DNA of 64,000 nt from an uncultured Chloroflexia bacterium (GCA_963813535.1 CAWEZH010000003.1:224001-288000), one strand, 5' to 3'. Positions 41,302-51,429 are shown, counted from the first letter of the stretch. The notes: generated by a model not told the origin, from the letters alone. A program made the numbers and translations.

Positions 41302-43857
41302 GTGACCGAGACCACCGACAGCCGAACCCGGGTCGAGCGCTACGACCCCACCACCGTCGAGCCGCGCTGGCAGGCGCGCTGGGCGGAGCTCGGCATGTAC
41401 GAGACGGACCTGCTCGACACGTCGCGGCCCAAGTACTACCTCTTGACGATGTACCCGTACCCGTCGGGTGATCTGCACATCGGCCACTGGTACATCAAGA
41501 CACCGACCGACGCGCTCGCTCGCTATCGGCGGATGCACGGCTACAACGTCTTCCTGCCGATCGGCTTCGACGCGTTCGGATTACCGGCCGAGAACGCCGC
41601 GATCAAGAGCGGCGGCCACCCATTCACATGGACCATGCAGAACATCGAGAACATGCGCCGCCAGTTGCGGACCATGGGCGCGACGTTCAGCTGGAAGCAC
41701 GAAGTCGTGACCGCCGACCCGTCCTTCTACAAGTGGAACCAGTGGATGTTCCTGCGGTTCCTGGAGGCGGGGCTGGCGTACCGGCAGAAGTCGGCAGTCG
41801 ATTGGTGTCCCAACGACGGGACCCTGGCGCGCGAGCAGGTGGAAGGCCCTGACCGCCGCTGCTGGCGCTGTGGCGAGCTGGTCGAGAAGCGCGACCTCGA
41901 CCAGTGGTACCTGAAGACCACGGCCTATGCCGACGAGCTGCTGTCGTTCGAGGGCCTCGATTGGCCCGAGCCGATCAAGATCCAGCAGACGAACTGGATC
42001 GGTCGCTCGGAGGGCGCCGAGATCGACTTCGAGACGGCCCCCTCGCCGCACCATCCGGGCGGCGCTCAGCTGCGCGTGTTCACGACCCGGCCGGATACCC
42101 TGTTCGGTGCCACGTTCATGGTGCTGGCCCCCGAGCACCCGCTGGTCCCGGCGCTGACCGCGCCCGAGCGGCGGGCGGAGGTCGAGCCGTATGTCGCCCA
42201 GGCTCGGCGGCGCACCGAGATCGACCGCCTGTCGACGGACCGGGAGAAGACCGGCGTGGCGATCGGTGCCGACGCGATCAATCCGGTCAACGGCGAGCGG
42301 ATCCCGATCTTCGTCGCCGACTACGTGCTGGCCGGCTACGGCACAGGCGCGATCATGGCCGTGCCCGCCCACGACGAGCGCGACTTCGCATTCGCGACGC
42401 AGTTCGGCCTGCCGATCCGGCGGGTCGTGGCCGCACCGGGCACCGAGGCCGACGACGAGATGGCCGACGCCTACGTCGCGCACGCCACCGGCGAGCGGCT
42501 GGTCAACTCCGACGGCTTCGACGGCATGTCGGCCGACGAGGGCGGCACGGCCATCGTCGAGAAGCTGGCCGGGGAGGGCAAGGCCGAGCCGACGGTCACC
42601 TACCGCTTACGCGACTGGCTGATCAGCCGCCAGCGCTATTGGGGCACGCCGATCCCGGTCATCTACTGCGAGCGTGACGGCATCGTGCCCGTCCCGGACG
42701 AGGACCTGCCGGTTCGGTTACCGGAACAGGTCGACTACCGGGGGCGCGGCGACAACCCGCTCCAGCGCGACGAGGCGTTCCTGAACGTGGCCTGCCCGAT
42801 CTGTGGCGAGCCGGCCCGTCGCGAGACGGACACGATGGACACGTTCGTCGACTCGTCCTGGTACTGGTATCGCTACCTGTCGCCGGACAAGGAGGACGGC
42901 CCGGTCGACCGGTCGATGACCGACGTCTGGACGCCGGTCGACCAGTACACGGGCGGCGCCGAGCATGCCGTCATGCACCTGATGTACGCCCGATTCTGGA
43001 CGAAGGCGATGCGCGACATCGGGCTGATCGCCGAGGATGAACCCTTCAAGCGGTTGTTCAACCAGGGCCAGATCCTGGGTGCCGACGGCGAGCGCATGTC
43101 GAAGTCCCGCGGCAACGTCGAGGATCCCGACGACCTGGTCCGCCGGTATGGCGCCGACACCGTCCGGCTGTTCCTGATGTTCATGGGACCGTGGGACCAG
43201 GGCGGCCCGTGGAGTGCGACCAACATCGGTGGCGTCCATCGATTCCTGAACCGGGTCTGGACGGTCACGCTGGATCCGCACGGTCGCGAGCCCGGCGATC
43301 CCGATGCCGCCCGGCTGCCGCCGGGCGAGAGCGCGGCCGACGCTGGCGCCGCGATCCGTGCCGCCGCGCATCGGACGCTGCGCGATGTCACCGAGGACTA
43401 CGAAGGCTTCCGCTTCAACACCATGGTCGCGAAGCTGATGGAGCTGTCGAACACCCTGTACCGATACCGCGGCACCGAGATCGCCGGTGACACCGAGTGG
43501 GACGAGGCCGTCCGCCTGCTGCTGCTGATGCTGGCCCCCGCCGCCCCGCACATCACCGAGGAGATCTGGTCGCGTCGAGCCGAGGCTGACGGTCGGGATT
43601 GGACGTCGATCCACACGGAGGCCTGGCCGCAGGTCGATGCGTCGGCGATCCGCGTGTCGGTCCGCGAGGTGCCGGTCCAGGTCAACGGCAAGCTGCGCGC
43701 CAAGGTCGTCGTCGCAGCCGACGCGACCGAGGACCAGATCAAGGCCGAGGTCCTGGCGAACCCGAGGATCGTGGCGATCCTCGACGGTCGGACGCCCGAA
43801 CGGATCGTCGTCGCCGGCAGCGGCAAGCTGCTGAACGTGGTCGTCCGCGACGCCTGA
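41302..43857 (+). CDS. leuS: Leucine--tRNA ligase
   Basis: MYPYPSGDLHIGH, VFTTRPDT, YGTGAIMAVPAHDERD, SRQRYWG, RMSKS, QVNGKLR. Confidence 0.98.
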   Translation: MTETTDSRTRVERYDPTTVEPRWQARWAELGMYETDLLDTSRPKYYLLTMYPYPSGDLHIGHWYIKTPTDALARYRRMHGYNVFLPIGFDAFGLPAENAAIKSGGHPFTWTMQNIENMRRQLRTMGATFSWKHEVVTADPSFYKWNQWMFLRFLEAGLAYRQKSAVDWCPNDGTLAREQVEGPDRRCWRCGELVEKRDLDQWYLKTTAYADELLSFEGLDWPEPIKIQQTNWIGRSEGAEIDFETAPSPHHPGGAQLRVFTTRPDTLFGATFMVLAPEHPLVPALTAPERRAEVEPYVAQARRRTEIDRLSTDREKTGVAIGADAINPVNGERIPIFVADYVLAGYGTGAIMAVPAHDERDFAFATQFGLPIRRVVAAPGTEADDEMADAYVAHATGERLVNSDGFDGMSADEGGTAIVEKLAGEGKAEPTVTYRLRDWLISRQRYWGTPIPVIYCERDGIVPVPDEDLPVRLPEQVDYRGRGDNPLQRDEAFLNVACPICGEPARRETDTMDTFVDSSWYWYRYLSPDKEDGPVDRSMTDVWTPVDQYTGGAEHAVMHLMYARFWTKAMRDIGLIAEDEPFKRLFNQGQILGADGERMSKSRGNVEDPDDLVRRYGADTVRLFLMFMGPWDQGGPWSATNIGGVHRFLNRVWTVTLDPHGREPGDPDAARLPPGESAADAGAAIRAAAHRTLRDVTEDYEGFRFNTMVAKLMELSNTLYRYRGTEIAGDTEWDEAVRLLLLMLAPAAPHITEEIWSRRAEADGRDWTSIHTEAWPQVDASAIRVSVREVPVQVNGKLRAKVVVAADATEDQIKAEVLANPRIVAILDGRTPERIVVAGSGKLLNVVVRDA

Positions 43858-44040
43858 GGGGCGAGCGAGCGGCCTTCGGCCGTTGACGGATGGCACCGGA
43901 CTCGACGCGCCCAAACCGCACAAGACGTGACAACCGGCGCCCGTGCAGGGTAGGGTGGCGCCTTGGCGATCTGATCCGTGGTCGACCGTTGTCGCTGCCC
44001 AGTCGCGACGGTCGGTCGGTCCCCCACCCGGAGGAGGCCG

Positions 44041-44805
44041 ATGACGGCTGTTCAGGAACGCTACACGATCGAACGCGCCAAGTGGGATGCCCACGCCGGC
44101 ACCACGAGCGAGGCGATCACGCCACCCAGACCCGGCGAGGATTTCGCCTCGTATGCCCGGCGCGACTCCCTGCTGCCCGGCATCGTCGAGTACCTCGGCG
44201 ACCTTCGCGGTAAGCGGGTCATCGAGTACGGCTGTGGCCTGGGCAAGCTGACCGTGCTCCTCGCGAGGAGTGGCGCCCACGTGTCGGCCTTCGACCTCTC
44301 CGAGCAGAGCGTCGAAGTCGCGCGTCGCCGTGCGCAGATGACCGGCGTCGAGGACCGGATCACCTTCCAGGTGGCGGCCGGCGAACAGCTCCCCTACGAC
44401 GACGGGGCGTTCGACATCGCCTTCGGCAAAGCGGTCCTGCACCACCTCGATGCCGTCGCGGGAGCGCGCGAGCTCGCACGTGTCCTCCGCCCGGGCGGTC
44501 GTGCCGCGTTCTCCGAACCGCTCGGCACGAACCCGGTCGTGCAGTTCGTCCGCGATCACGTGCCGTATCCGCACAAGCACGAGCGCGGCGCCGACATCCC
44601 GCTCCGGCGGAGCGACATCGACGCGTGGATGGCTCCGTTCGCGGAGGCGCATCTGCAGGGCGTGCAGCTGTTCAGCATGCTCGAGCGCGGACTGGGCTTC
44701 CACCGGAAGCTGCCGGTGCTGCGCGAATACGACCGCCTGCTGCTGAAGCGCTGGCCCGAGCTCTGGCCGCTCTGCCGTTACGCGGTGCTCACGCTCCAGC
44801 GCTGA
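44041..44805 (+). CDS. Class I SAM-dependent methyltransferase
   Basis: VIEYGCGLG, AFDLS, VLHHL, RVLRPGG; RBS GGAGG. Confidence 0.88.
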   Translation: MTAVQERYTIERAKWDAHAGTTSEAITPPRPGEDFASYARRDSLLPGIVEYLGDLRGKRVIEYGCGLGKLTVLLARSGAHVSAFDLSEQSVEVARRRAQMTGVEDRITFQVAAGEQLPYDDGAFDIAFGKAVLHHLDAVAGARELARVLRPGGRAAFSEPLGTNPVVQFVRDHVPYPHKHERGADIPLRRSDIDAWMAPFAEAHLQGVQLFSMLERGLGFHRKLPVLREYDRLLLKRWPELWPLCRYAVLTLQR

Positions 44806-45463
44806 CGGACGCCTCGTCGGTCGTCCCGTCGGCCGTCGCCTTCGACTTCGCCCGATGGCGGGCGGCCTTGGCACGGTTGCCGCACGTCGACATGTCACAC
44901 CAGCGCCGCCGGCCGGTGCGTGAGGTGTCATAGAAGACCCACCGGCACCGGTCGTTGTCGCAGATCCTGATCCGCTCCGGATTGCCGCCGGTCAGCTCGG
45001 CGACGAGCGGGTCGCACAGGCGCGCCAGTGCGTCGTCGACCGGGTCACCCACGTGCCGGTGATCGACCGCCACGCAGCCGTCCGATGACGGCACGAGCTC
45101 GATGACCTGACGCGCATGGAGCGCGCGGTTGACCGTGTCGAGGGCCCCGGCGGTCGGGGGGCGGTGGTCGACGATGGCATCGGCGACCTCGCGCAACGCC
45201 CTGCGCACGGCGTGGATGCGCGCGAGATCTCGCGCCGCCGTACCCGCATCGGCCTCGGCCTGGTGCCCGAGCCGATCGGCGCCCTCGCCGTGGATCACGC
45301 CGCGATCGACGAACCACGTCAGGGCGTCGCCGAGGCTCGGGAGACGCTCGAGCGGGAAACCGTTCTCGAGGTCGTCGGTGTTCAGGAAGTCGAAGGTGTC
45401 CTCGAGATCGACATCGTGGGCGTGGTGCCCTCGACCGAGCGGGACGGTAACGCGTGTTTCCAT
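44789..45463 (-). CDS. ABATE/CGNR zinc-finger putative transcription regulator
   Basis: DFLNT; C-terminal CDNDRC..FYDTSRTGRRRWCDMSTCGNRAK. Confidence 0.92.
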   Translation of the reverse strand: METRVTVPLGRGHHAHDVDLEDTFDFLNTDDLENGFPLERLPSLGDALTWFVDRGVIHGEGADRLGHQAEADAGTAARDLARIHAVRRALREVADAIVDHRPPTAGALDTVNRALHARQVIELVPSSDGCVAVDHRHVGDPVDDALARLCDPLVAELTGGNPERIRICDNDRCRWVFYDTSRTGRRRWCDMSTCGNRAKAARHRAKSKATADGTTDEASVSAGA

Positions 45464-45468
45464 TTCGC

Positions 45469-45551
45469 TAACCACTATAAACCGCTTGACAGGTTATGCG
45501 CAAGGGGCTACAGTACGTGAAGTAACCGATAAACAAGTAGAAACGGGTTAC
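45469..45551. promoter_or_regulatory. Divergent promoters with two TAACC-N18-GGTTA inverted repeats
   Basis: Boxes at 45469-45496 and 45523-45550; plus-strand TTGACA-N17-TACAGT; minus-strand TTGCGC...TATAGT; AT-rich patch. Confidence 0.75.
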
Positions 45552-45572
45552 GAGTAACTGGGAGGACCGACC

Positions 45573-45689
45573 ATGGAAGTGATCATCGTTTTCCTGGTCC
45601 TGGTCATCGGCTTCGCGGCCCTGGACCTGGGCTCTGTCCGCTTCGGAGCGGACTCGCGGGACCAGATCCCCGACACCCACGTTCGTTAG
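45573..45689 (+). CDS. 38-aa small membrane protein
   Basis: RBS GGGAGG; MEVIIVFLVLVIGFAALDLGSVRFGADSRDQIPDTHVR. Confidence 0.75.
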   Translation: MEVIIVFLVLVIGFAALDLGSVRFGADSRDQIPDTHVR

Positions 45690-45717
45690 ACCCGAAGCAC
45701 ATCCCAAGGAGGATCCC

Positions 45718-45984
45718 GTGTTTTCCTACTTCGCCATCCTGGCCCTCGACCTCGCGAACGAGCGTTCGCGCGAGGCCGACGAGCGACGGCTGGAGCGCCT
45801 CGCCCGCGAGACCTGGGACGAGGATCGAGGGGACTACGAGTGGCTCCCCGCTCCCGACCAGACCTCCGGACTCCGCCGCGGACTCGCCCGAGCGACCGCC
45901 GCGGTCAGCCGCGGAGCGGCAGCCGCGACACGCCGGCTGGACGACACCGTGGCCGAGGATCTCGGCCGCACGCTCGCCATCTGA
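45718..45984 (+). CDS. Hypothetical 88-aa helical protein
   Basis: RBS AAGGAGG before GTG; ALDLANERSREADERRL. Confidence 0.7.
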   Translation: MFSYFAILALDLANERSREADERRLERLARETWDEDRGDYEWLPAPDQTSGLRRGLARATAAVSRGAAAATRRLDDTVAEDLGRTLAI

Positions 45985-46077
45985 CGATACCGAACGACTT
46001 CATCACCGACAGAGCGTCTGCCCCTCCCGGCAGGCGCTCTTTCGATTCTGGTGATACCGAGACGGTAGGCTTGGCCC

Positions 46078-46503
46078 ATGTCACCGCGTGACCCGACCGC
46101 TGCGAGTGCCGCCGCGGTCTCGTGGGGAACCGACCGGATCGACCTCTTCACCGTGGCCGACGACGGGTCGCTGCTGCACCTCTCGTTCGATGGGCTGAGC
46201 TGGTCCGAGGCGACCTCCCTCGGCGGTGAGCTCGCGTCTCCAGCGGCGGCAACGGCGTGGGGTGCCGACGAGCTCCAGGTCTTCGCGATCTTCGATGACG
46301 GGCAGCTCTGGAACCGGTACTGGGACGGCACCTCGTGGCACGACTGGGAGCCGATGGGCGGTGAGCTGACCGGCACGCCTGCCGCGTCCTCCTGGAGCGC
46401 CGACCGGATCGACGTCTTCGCGCCTGGTCGCGATGGCCGCATCTGGCATCGGTGGTGGGACGGCACGCGCTGGGTCGACTGGGAGCAGCTCTCAGCGAGA
46501 TAA
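46078..46503 (+). CDS. Trp-rich beta-propeller repeat protein (fucose-lectin/PLL-like, 3 blades)
   Basis: Three repeats of AxxSWxxDRIDxF..DG.L.HRxWDG..W..WE.LGG. Confidence 0.78.
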   Translation: MSPRDPTAASAAAVSWGTDRIDLFTVADDGSLLHLSFDGLSWSEATSLGGELASPAAATAWGADELQVFAIFDDGQLWNRYWDGTSWHDWEPMGGELTGTPAASSWSADRIDVFAPGRDGRIWHRWWDGTRWVDWEQLSAR

Positions 46504-46630
46504 GCCGCAGCTAAGCCGCCGCCGGTAAGGTCGGCCAAGACGCCCCGTCGACGTCGGAAGTGCCCCCGACACCGCCGGGGCGTCGGCACATCCGACACGC
46601 AGCTCGCGAGCGCCCGCCGCGGAGCGTGAC

Positions 46631-47353
46631 ATGGAACCAAGTGCGACCCCGCCATGGCGCGTGCTCGAGACGCCGCCGGCAGACGCGGCAGACCGTGGTC
46701 GGATCGAGCCCCAGACCCGAGAGACGGGTGCGGCGACGTCCCTGGCGAAGGTCGGCGTCATCGTGGCCATCGCGATCGCCTGCGCCGTGCTGGCCATCGT
46801 CCTCGCCGTGACCGGCGATGGCGGCTCGGTCCGGGTCGACGGTGGTTCGCCGTTGGCCGTCGACGCTTCGGGAGCGGTCACCGCGTCGCCCGACCCCGGG
46901 GTGGGTGGGGCACTCGTCGTGGAGATCGTCGGAGCGGTGCCGAACCCTGGCGTGTATCGGCTGCCGCCGGGTTCCAGGGTCGCCGACCTCGTCCATATGG
47001 CCGGTGGCTATGGGCCGCGGGTCGACACACAACGCGCTGAACACGAGCTCAACCTGGCCGCACCCATCAAGGACGGCGAACAGGTCCGCGTTCCTTCCCG
47101 CGATGACGCGCCGGCGGTGGCGTCATCGGGTGCCGGCCCGACCGGCGATGCGGGCGGTGGCGGGCTCGTCGACATCAACACGGCGACGCAGGCCGAGCTC
47201 GAGGAGCTGCCGGGCATCGGCCCGGCCACCGCGGAGAAGATCATCGCGGCGCGTGAGGAGGCCCCATTCGCGGCGGTCGATGAGCTGCGGTCCCGCGGAG
47301 TCCTCGGCGAGAAGACGTTCGAAAAGCTGCGTGCGTTGGTGACGGTGGGCTGA
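46631..47353 (+). CDS. comEA: Competence DNA receptor ComEA
   Basis: TM segment; SLBB domain (GAVPNPGVY..RVAD..AGG..LNLA); HhH (VDINTAT..LPGIGP). Confidence 0.95.
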   Translation: MEPSATPPWRVLETPPADAADRGRIEPQTRETGAATSLAKVGVIVAIAIACAVLAIVLAVTGDGGSVRVDGGSPLAVDASGAVTASPDPGVGGALVVEIVGAVPNPGVYRLPPGSRVADLVHMAGGYGPRVDTQRAEHELNLAAPIKDGEQVRVPSRDDAPAVASSGAGPTGDAGGGGLVDINTATQAELEELPGIGPATAEKIIAAREEAPFAAVDELRSRGVLGEKTFEKLRALVTVG

Positions 47354-47354
47354 C

Positions 47355-49970
47355 GTGCCGCGCAGCGGCTGGCTTGCATGCGGGGCGATCGCAGGGGCGT
47401 TGGCGGCCACATCCGGCGATCGACGAGTGATGGCACTCGTTCTCGGACTGGTCGCGGGCGCATTCGCCCTGGCGTTGGTGACACGGGGCTCGTTGCGGAC
47501 GATCTGTCTTGCGATCGCTGTCGGTGCGCTGACGATCGTCACCCGTGGTCTGACGCTCCCCGAAGCCGCCGAGCTCGCCGGTCATCCCGATGGCGAGGGG
47601 CCGTGGGTGATGGTGGTCGAGACCATCGGGTCGCCACGCGAGGGCCATCAGGTCGCGACATTGCGCACCCTCGACGGAGGATCAAGCGGCTTCCGCCTGG
47701 CGTCGACGCTCCCTCGTTATCCGCCGATCGGGCCCGGCGACCACGTGGAGGTCGATGGGCGGGCCCGCCCACGACCCGACAGCCCATACGGGCAATACCT
47801 CGAGCGGCTCGGAGCCTGGGGCACGTTCGAGGCACGGTCCGTCCGGCTCCTCGAACGTCCCGCCGACCCCGCTGCGTGGCTCGAATCGCTACGGCGAGGG
47901 GCTGCCGATCTGCTGGCTCGGGTCCTCCCCGAACCGGAGGCGGGGCTGGCAGCCGGGATCCTCATCGGACTCCGGGATCGAGTCGACCGGGCCGTCGCCG
48001 CCAGCTTCACGACGGCCGGTGTCAGCCACGTCGTCGCGATCTCCGGATGGAACATCGCCATCGTCGCCGCGGCGATCGCGGCGTGTGCCGGCCGCATCGG
48101 TCGGCGGCGTCGCGCTGTCGTCACGACGGTCGCGATCGTGGCCTACATCTGTTTCGCGGGTGCGTCGCCGTCCGTGCTCCGCGCCGGGGTGATGGCCGGT
48201 GTGGTGTTGCTGGCCCGTGAGAGTGGCCGGGCCGGTCGAGCGGCGGCTGCGCTCGGCTGGGCCGCGACGCTCCTGCTCCTCGCCGATCCGCGGCTCGTCG
48301 CCGACGCCGGGTTCCAGCTGTCCGCCCTGGCGACCGCCGGGCTCATCGCGTGGGCGACCACGCTGACCGAACGGCTCGATCGCTGGACAGGCAGCGGCCT
48401 CCCGAGATGGTTGAGCGAAAGCCTCGGCGTGTCGCTCGCGGCACAGGCCGCGACGCTTCCGATCGTGCTGGCGTCGTTCGGGCGTCTTGCGCTGATCGCA
48501 CCTGCGGTGAACCTGCTCGTCGTCCCGCTCGTGGCACCCGCGATGGCAGCCGGCATCGTGGCGCTCGCGGGTGGCACGCTCGTGGCGGTCGGTGCACCCG
48601 ACGCGACCGGCACGATCCTGGCGGCACCTGCCTGGGTCGCGCTGCGGCTCATCATCGGGATCGTCGACGTCGCGGCCGTGGTGCCGTTCGCGAGCGTTTC
48701 GCTCGAGCCACCGCTCGGCGCCTTCGTGGGGATCGGCAGCGCCCTCGCCGGCGCCGGCCTGGTCGCGTGGCGACGGCATTCTCCCCGCCGGGTCGAGGCA
48801 CCGTCCATCGATCGACAGCGGTCGACGACGCGCACACCGCGATCGATGACGCTGCGTCTCGCCACGGGCGGACTCATCGTCGCGGTCGCGGTCGCCGGGG
48901 CCGTCGCGGTCACTCGGACCGATGGGACCGCACGCGTGACCGTCCTCGACGTCGGGCAAGGCGACGCGATCCTTGTCGAGGGCTCCCGGGGAGGGCGACT
49001 GCTGGTCGACGGTGGCCCCGATCCGGACCGCCTGTTGGTGGAGCTCGACCGCCGCATCCCGCCCTGGGACCGCCGGATCGACGTGCTGGTCCTGAGCCAC
49101 CCGCACGAGGACCACGTCGCCGGGCTGCCCCTGCTGCTCGACCGGTACCGAGTGGGCCGGGTATTCGAGCCGGGGATGCGCGGACCGGGGCCCGGCTATG
49201 CCGCGTGGCTGGATCGGGTCGGCATCCCCGGTGGGACGTCACGGCTGTCGATCGCTGCGGGCGATCGCCTCGCCGTCGATGACATCGACCTCCGCGTGCT
49301 CTGGCCGTTACGCGGCCAGGTGCCGGCCGAGCCGCCGGACACCGGCACGGGCATCAACAACGTGTCGGTGGTCCTGCTGGGGACGGTGGGTCAGCGGCGG
49401 TTCCTGCTGGCAGGCGACGTGGAGGAAGACATCGACCGGAGCCTGCTCGCCGAGGGTCTGCCGCGCCTCGACCTGCTCAAGGTCGCGCATCACGGCAGCC
49501 GGACCGCGACCACCGAGGCCTTCGTTGACGCCGTCCGACCCCGGGTTGCGGTGGCTTCGGCCGGTGCCGGCAACACATACGGCCATCCAGCCCGCGCGAC
49601 CCTCGACCGGTTGGCCGACACCGGAGCGCGCGTGTACCGCACCGACCAGGACGGCACGGTCAGCGTCACCTTCGACGCCACGGGCATGTCCGTTCGGGCT
49701 GGACAGCGACGTTCGGCGACGATCACCGCGCCGGCCAGCGCGGTGGCCAGCCGGCGCTCGTTCCTGTGCGACATCCCGATCCAGCCCTTCGTCGCGCCAT
49801 CGCGACCGACGACACCGACGGTCGGGCACGGGCCGGTCGGCGCCCTCGGGTACCATCCGGCCGATGACGTCCCTACGCCCGTCGGCGGGCGTTGCCCTGC
49901 CCTTCCGCCTCCCTCGACAGCGATCACCCGACGCTGGTCGAGCAGGGGTGCGCGGCCGCGCGCGCACTGA
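47355..49970 (+). CDS. comEC: DNA uptake channel ComEC/Rec2
   Basis: GVSHVVAISGWN, PSVLRA, GFQLS, LDVGQGD, SHPHEDH, KVAHHGS, YGHP, RTDQDG. Confidence 0.96.
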   Translation: MPRSGWLACGAIAGALAATSGDRRVMALVLGLVAGAFALALVTRGSLRTICLAIAVGALTIVTRGLTLPEAAELAGHPDGEGPWVMVVETIGSPREGHQVATLRTLDGGSSGFRLASTLPRYPPIGPGDHVEVDGRARPRPDSPYGQYLERLGAWGTFEARSVRLLERPADPAAWLESLRRGAADLLARVLPEPEAGLAAGILIGLRDRVDRAVAASFTTAGVSHVVAISGWNIAIVAAAIAACAGRIGRRRRAVVTTVAIVAYICFAGASPSVLRAGVMAGVVLLARESGRAGRAAAALGWAATLLLLADPRLVADAGFQLSALATAGLIAWATTLTERLDRWTGSGLPRWLSESLGVSLAAQAATLPIVLASFGRLALIAPAVNLLVVPLVAPAMAAGIVALAGGTLVAVGAPDATGTILAAPAWVALRLIIGIVDVAAVVPFASVSLEPPLGAFVGIGSALAGAGLVAWRRHSPRRVEAPSIDRQRSTTRTPRSMTLRLATGGLIVAVAVAGAVAVTRTDGTARVTVLDVGQGDAILVEGSRGGRLLVDGGPDPDRLLVELDRRIPPWDRRIDVLVLSHPHEDHVAGLPLLLDRYRVGRVFEPGMRGPGPGYAAWLDRVGIPGGTSRLSIAAGDRLAVDDIDLRVLWPLRGQVPAEPPDTGTGINNVSVVLLGTVGQRRFLLAGDVEEDIDRSLLAEGLPRLDLLKVAHHGSRTATTEAFVDAVRPRVAVASAGAGNTYGHPARATLDRLADTGARVYRTDQDGTVSVTFDATGMSVRAGQRRSATITAPASAVASRRSFLCDIPIQPFVAPSRPTTPTVGHGPVGALGYHPADDVPTPVGGRCPALPPPSTAITRRWSSRGARPRAH

Positions 49971-49982
49971 GCTGGTGGCGCC

Positions 49983-51050
49983 CTGATCGCGCCGCTGCTC
50001 TACATCTATGGCGACGATGAGCTGCTGGCCCAGCGGCTCGTGGCACGGTTCGCCACACGCCTCGAGGGCGACCTCGGTTCGCCGCTCGAGCGCTGGGAGC
50101 TCAAGGCCGATCCGATCACCGCGACTGCCGATGCCGCCGCTCTGTACGAGCGGCTCGCGACTCCCCCGATGTTCGGTGGCGGGACGCTGGCCGTCGTCGC
50201 GAACCCGGGTGCCCTCGTGAAGCGCAACGACACGCGGGATCGCGTCGTCGAGACGATCGGGCTCATGGCGCCAGGCCATGCGTTGGCCTTCCTCGAGAAC
50301 GCCAAGTCGAATGCCAAGGGGGCTGGCATCAAGCGGCTGGCGGATCCGGTCAAGGCCGCCGGAGGGACGATCGCCGCGGCCATGGCACCCCGTCCGACGG
50401 CGCTCGCGGCATGGATCACCGACGAGGCGCGCGAACGCGGCCTCGCGCTGGCGGGTGGCGCCGCACGCGAGCTGGCCGACCGACTCGGGGCGCGCGTGAC
50501 GCAGGGCGACGTCGACCGGCGGTACCTCAGTCGGATCGCCGCGGGTGAGCTCGACAAGCTCGGACTTCGGCACGCGATCGACGAGGGTCCGGTCACCGCG
50601 GAGGACGTCCGCGCGCTCGTCGCGGAGGCGGCGCCGGCATCGGTCTGGGCGCTGAGCGATGCCGTCGGTGAGCGGCGGGTCGATGTCGCGGCAGCGGCCC
50701 TGGACAGACTGCTCGATTCGACACCTGAACCGGTCCTGCTCGCGGTCCTGCACCGCCGGATCGTCGAGCTGATCGAGCTCGGGGATCGCGTGGCATCCGG
50801 GGCCACATTGCCGGACGCGGCCCGAGCTATGGGCATCACAAGTGACTTTCGCGCCAAGACGCTCGCGGCGCAGGCGCGCAAGTGGACGACCGAGGAGCTG
50901 AGCGAGGCACTCGAAGGGCTGCTGACCCTCGACGCGATGGTCAAGGGCGCGCCGGGCTTCGAATCGGATACCGCCCAGCGACGACTCGCGTTCCTGCTGT
51001 GGCTCCGCGATCGGGTCCCCGCAGGGCCCAGCGTGGTCGGTCCCGGCTGA
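49983..51050 (+). CDS. holA: DNA polymerase III delta subunit (start uncertain)
   Basis: PLLYIYGDDELL upstream of the ORF-track start, TPPMFGG, ELDKL, VWALSDAV, LDAMVKG; follows comEC. Confidence 0.82.
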   Translation: MIAPLLYIYGDDELLAQRLVARFATRLEGDLGSPLERWELKADPITATADAAALYERLATPPMFGGGTLAVVANPGALVKRNDTRDRVVETIGLMAPGHALAFLENAKSNAKGAGIKRLADPVKAAGGTIAAAMAPRPTALAAWITDEARERGLALAGGAARELADRLGARVTQGDVDRRYLSRIAAGELDKLGLRHAIDEGPVTAEDVRALVAEAAPASVWALSDAVGERRVDVAAAALDRLLDSTPEPVLLAVLHRRIVELIELGDRVASGATLPDAARAMGITSDFRAKTLAAQARKWTTEELSEALEGLLTLDAMVKGAPGFESDTAQRRLAFLLWLRDRVPAGPSVVGPG

Positions 51051-51077
51051 CCGGGACCTTCCGACGCCTTCAGGCCA

Positions 51078-51332
51078 TCAGTCGGCGGACGACCAGGCCT
51101 GCTCCTGGACGACGAGGTCGCTTTCGATCGCAAAGACGCAGCGGCCTTCGGCGAGGTCGAGCAACTCGATCAGATCAGGATCGATGTAGAGCTGCGAGCA
51201 GTCCTCGCAGAGCCCACCCGGGATGCCGAAGCACAGCCGCTCGCTCCGGTCGGGCAACCGGAACGTCGTGTCGAACCGGGTCGTGATGAGCCGGTGACCG
51301 CAAGCGGGGCAGCGATCGCGCGAGGTGGACAT
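51078..51332 (-). CDS. Small zinc-ribbon protein (YgiT-type)
   Basis: CPACG ... CEDC. Confidence 0.65.
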   Translation of the reverse strand: MSTSRDRCPACGHRLITTRFDTTFRLPDRSERLCFGIPGGLCEDCSQLYIDPDLIELLDLAEGRCVFAIESDLVVQEQAWSSAD

Positions 51333-51429
51333 GGCCCGGATGCTGGCAGCCCGATCGCCTGGTCCCTATGACCCGACGGTACCCGGGTCATTGGTACCGG
51401 TGTCAGCGCCCACTGTGCGCCGCCGGAGT

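Noticed and set aside
43090-43110. LeuS has RMSKS instead of KMSKS
   Set aside because: Conservative change at the first position; the catalytic second Lys is retained
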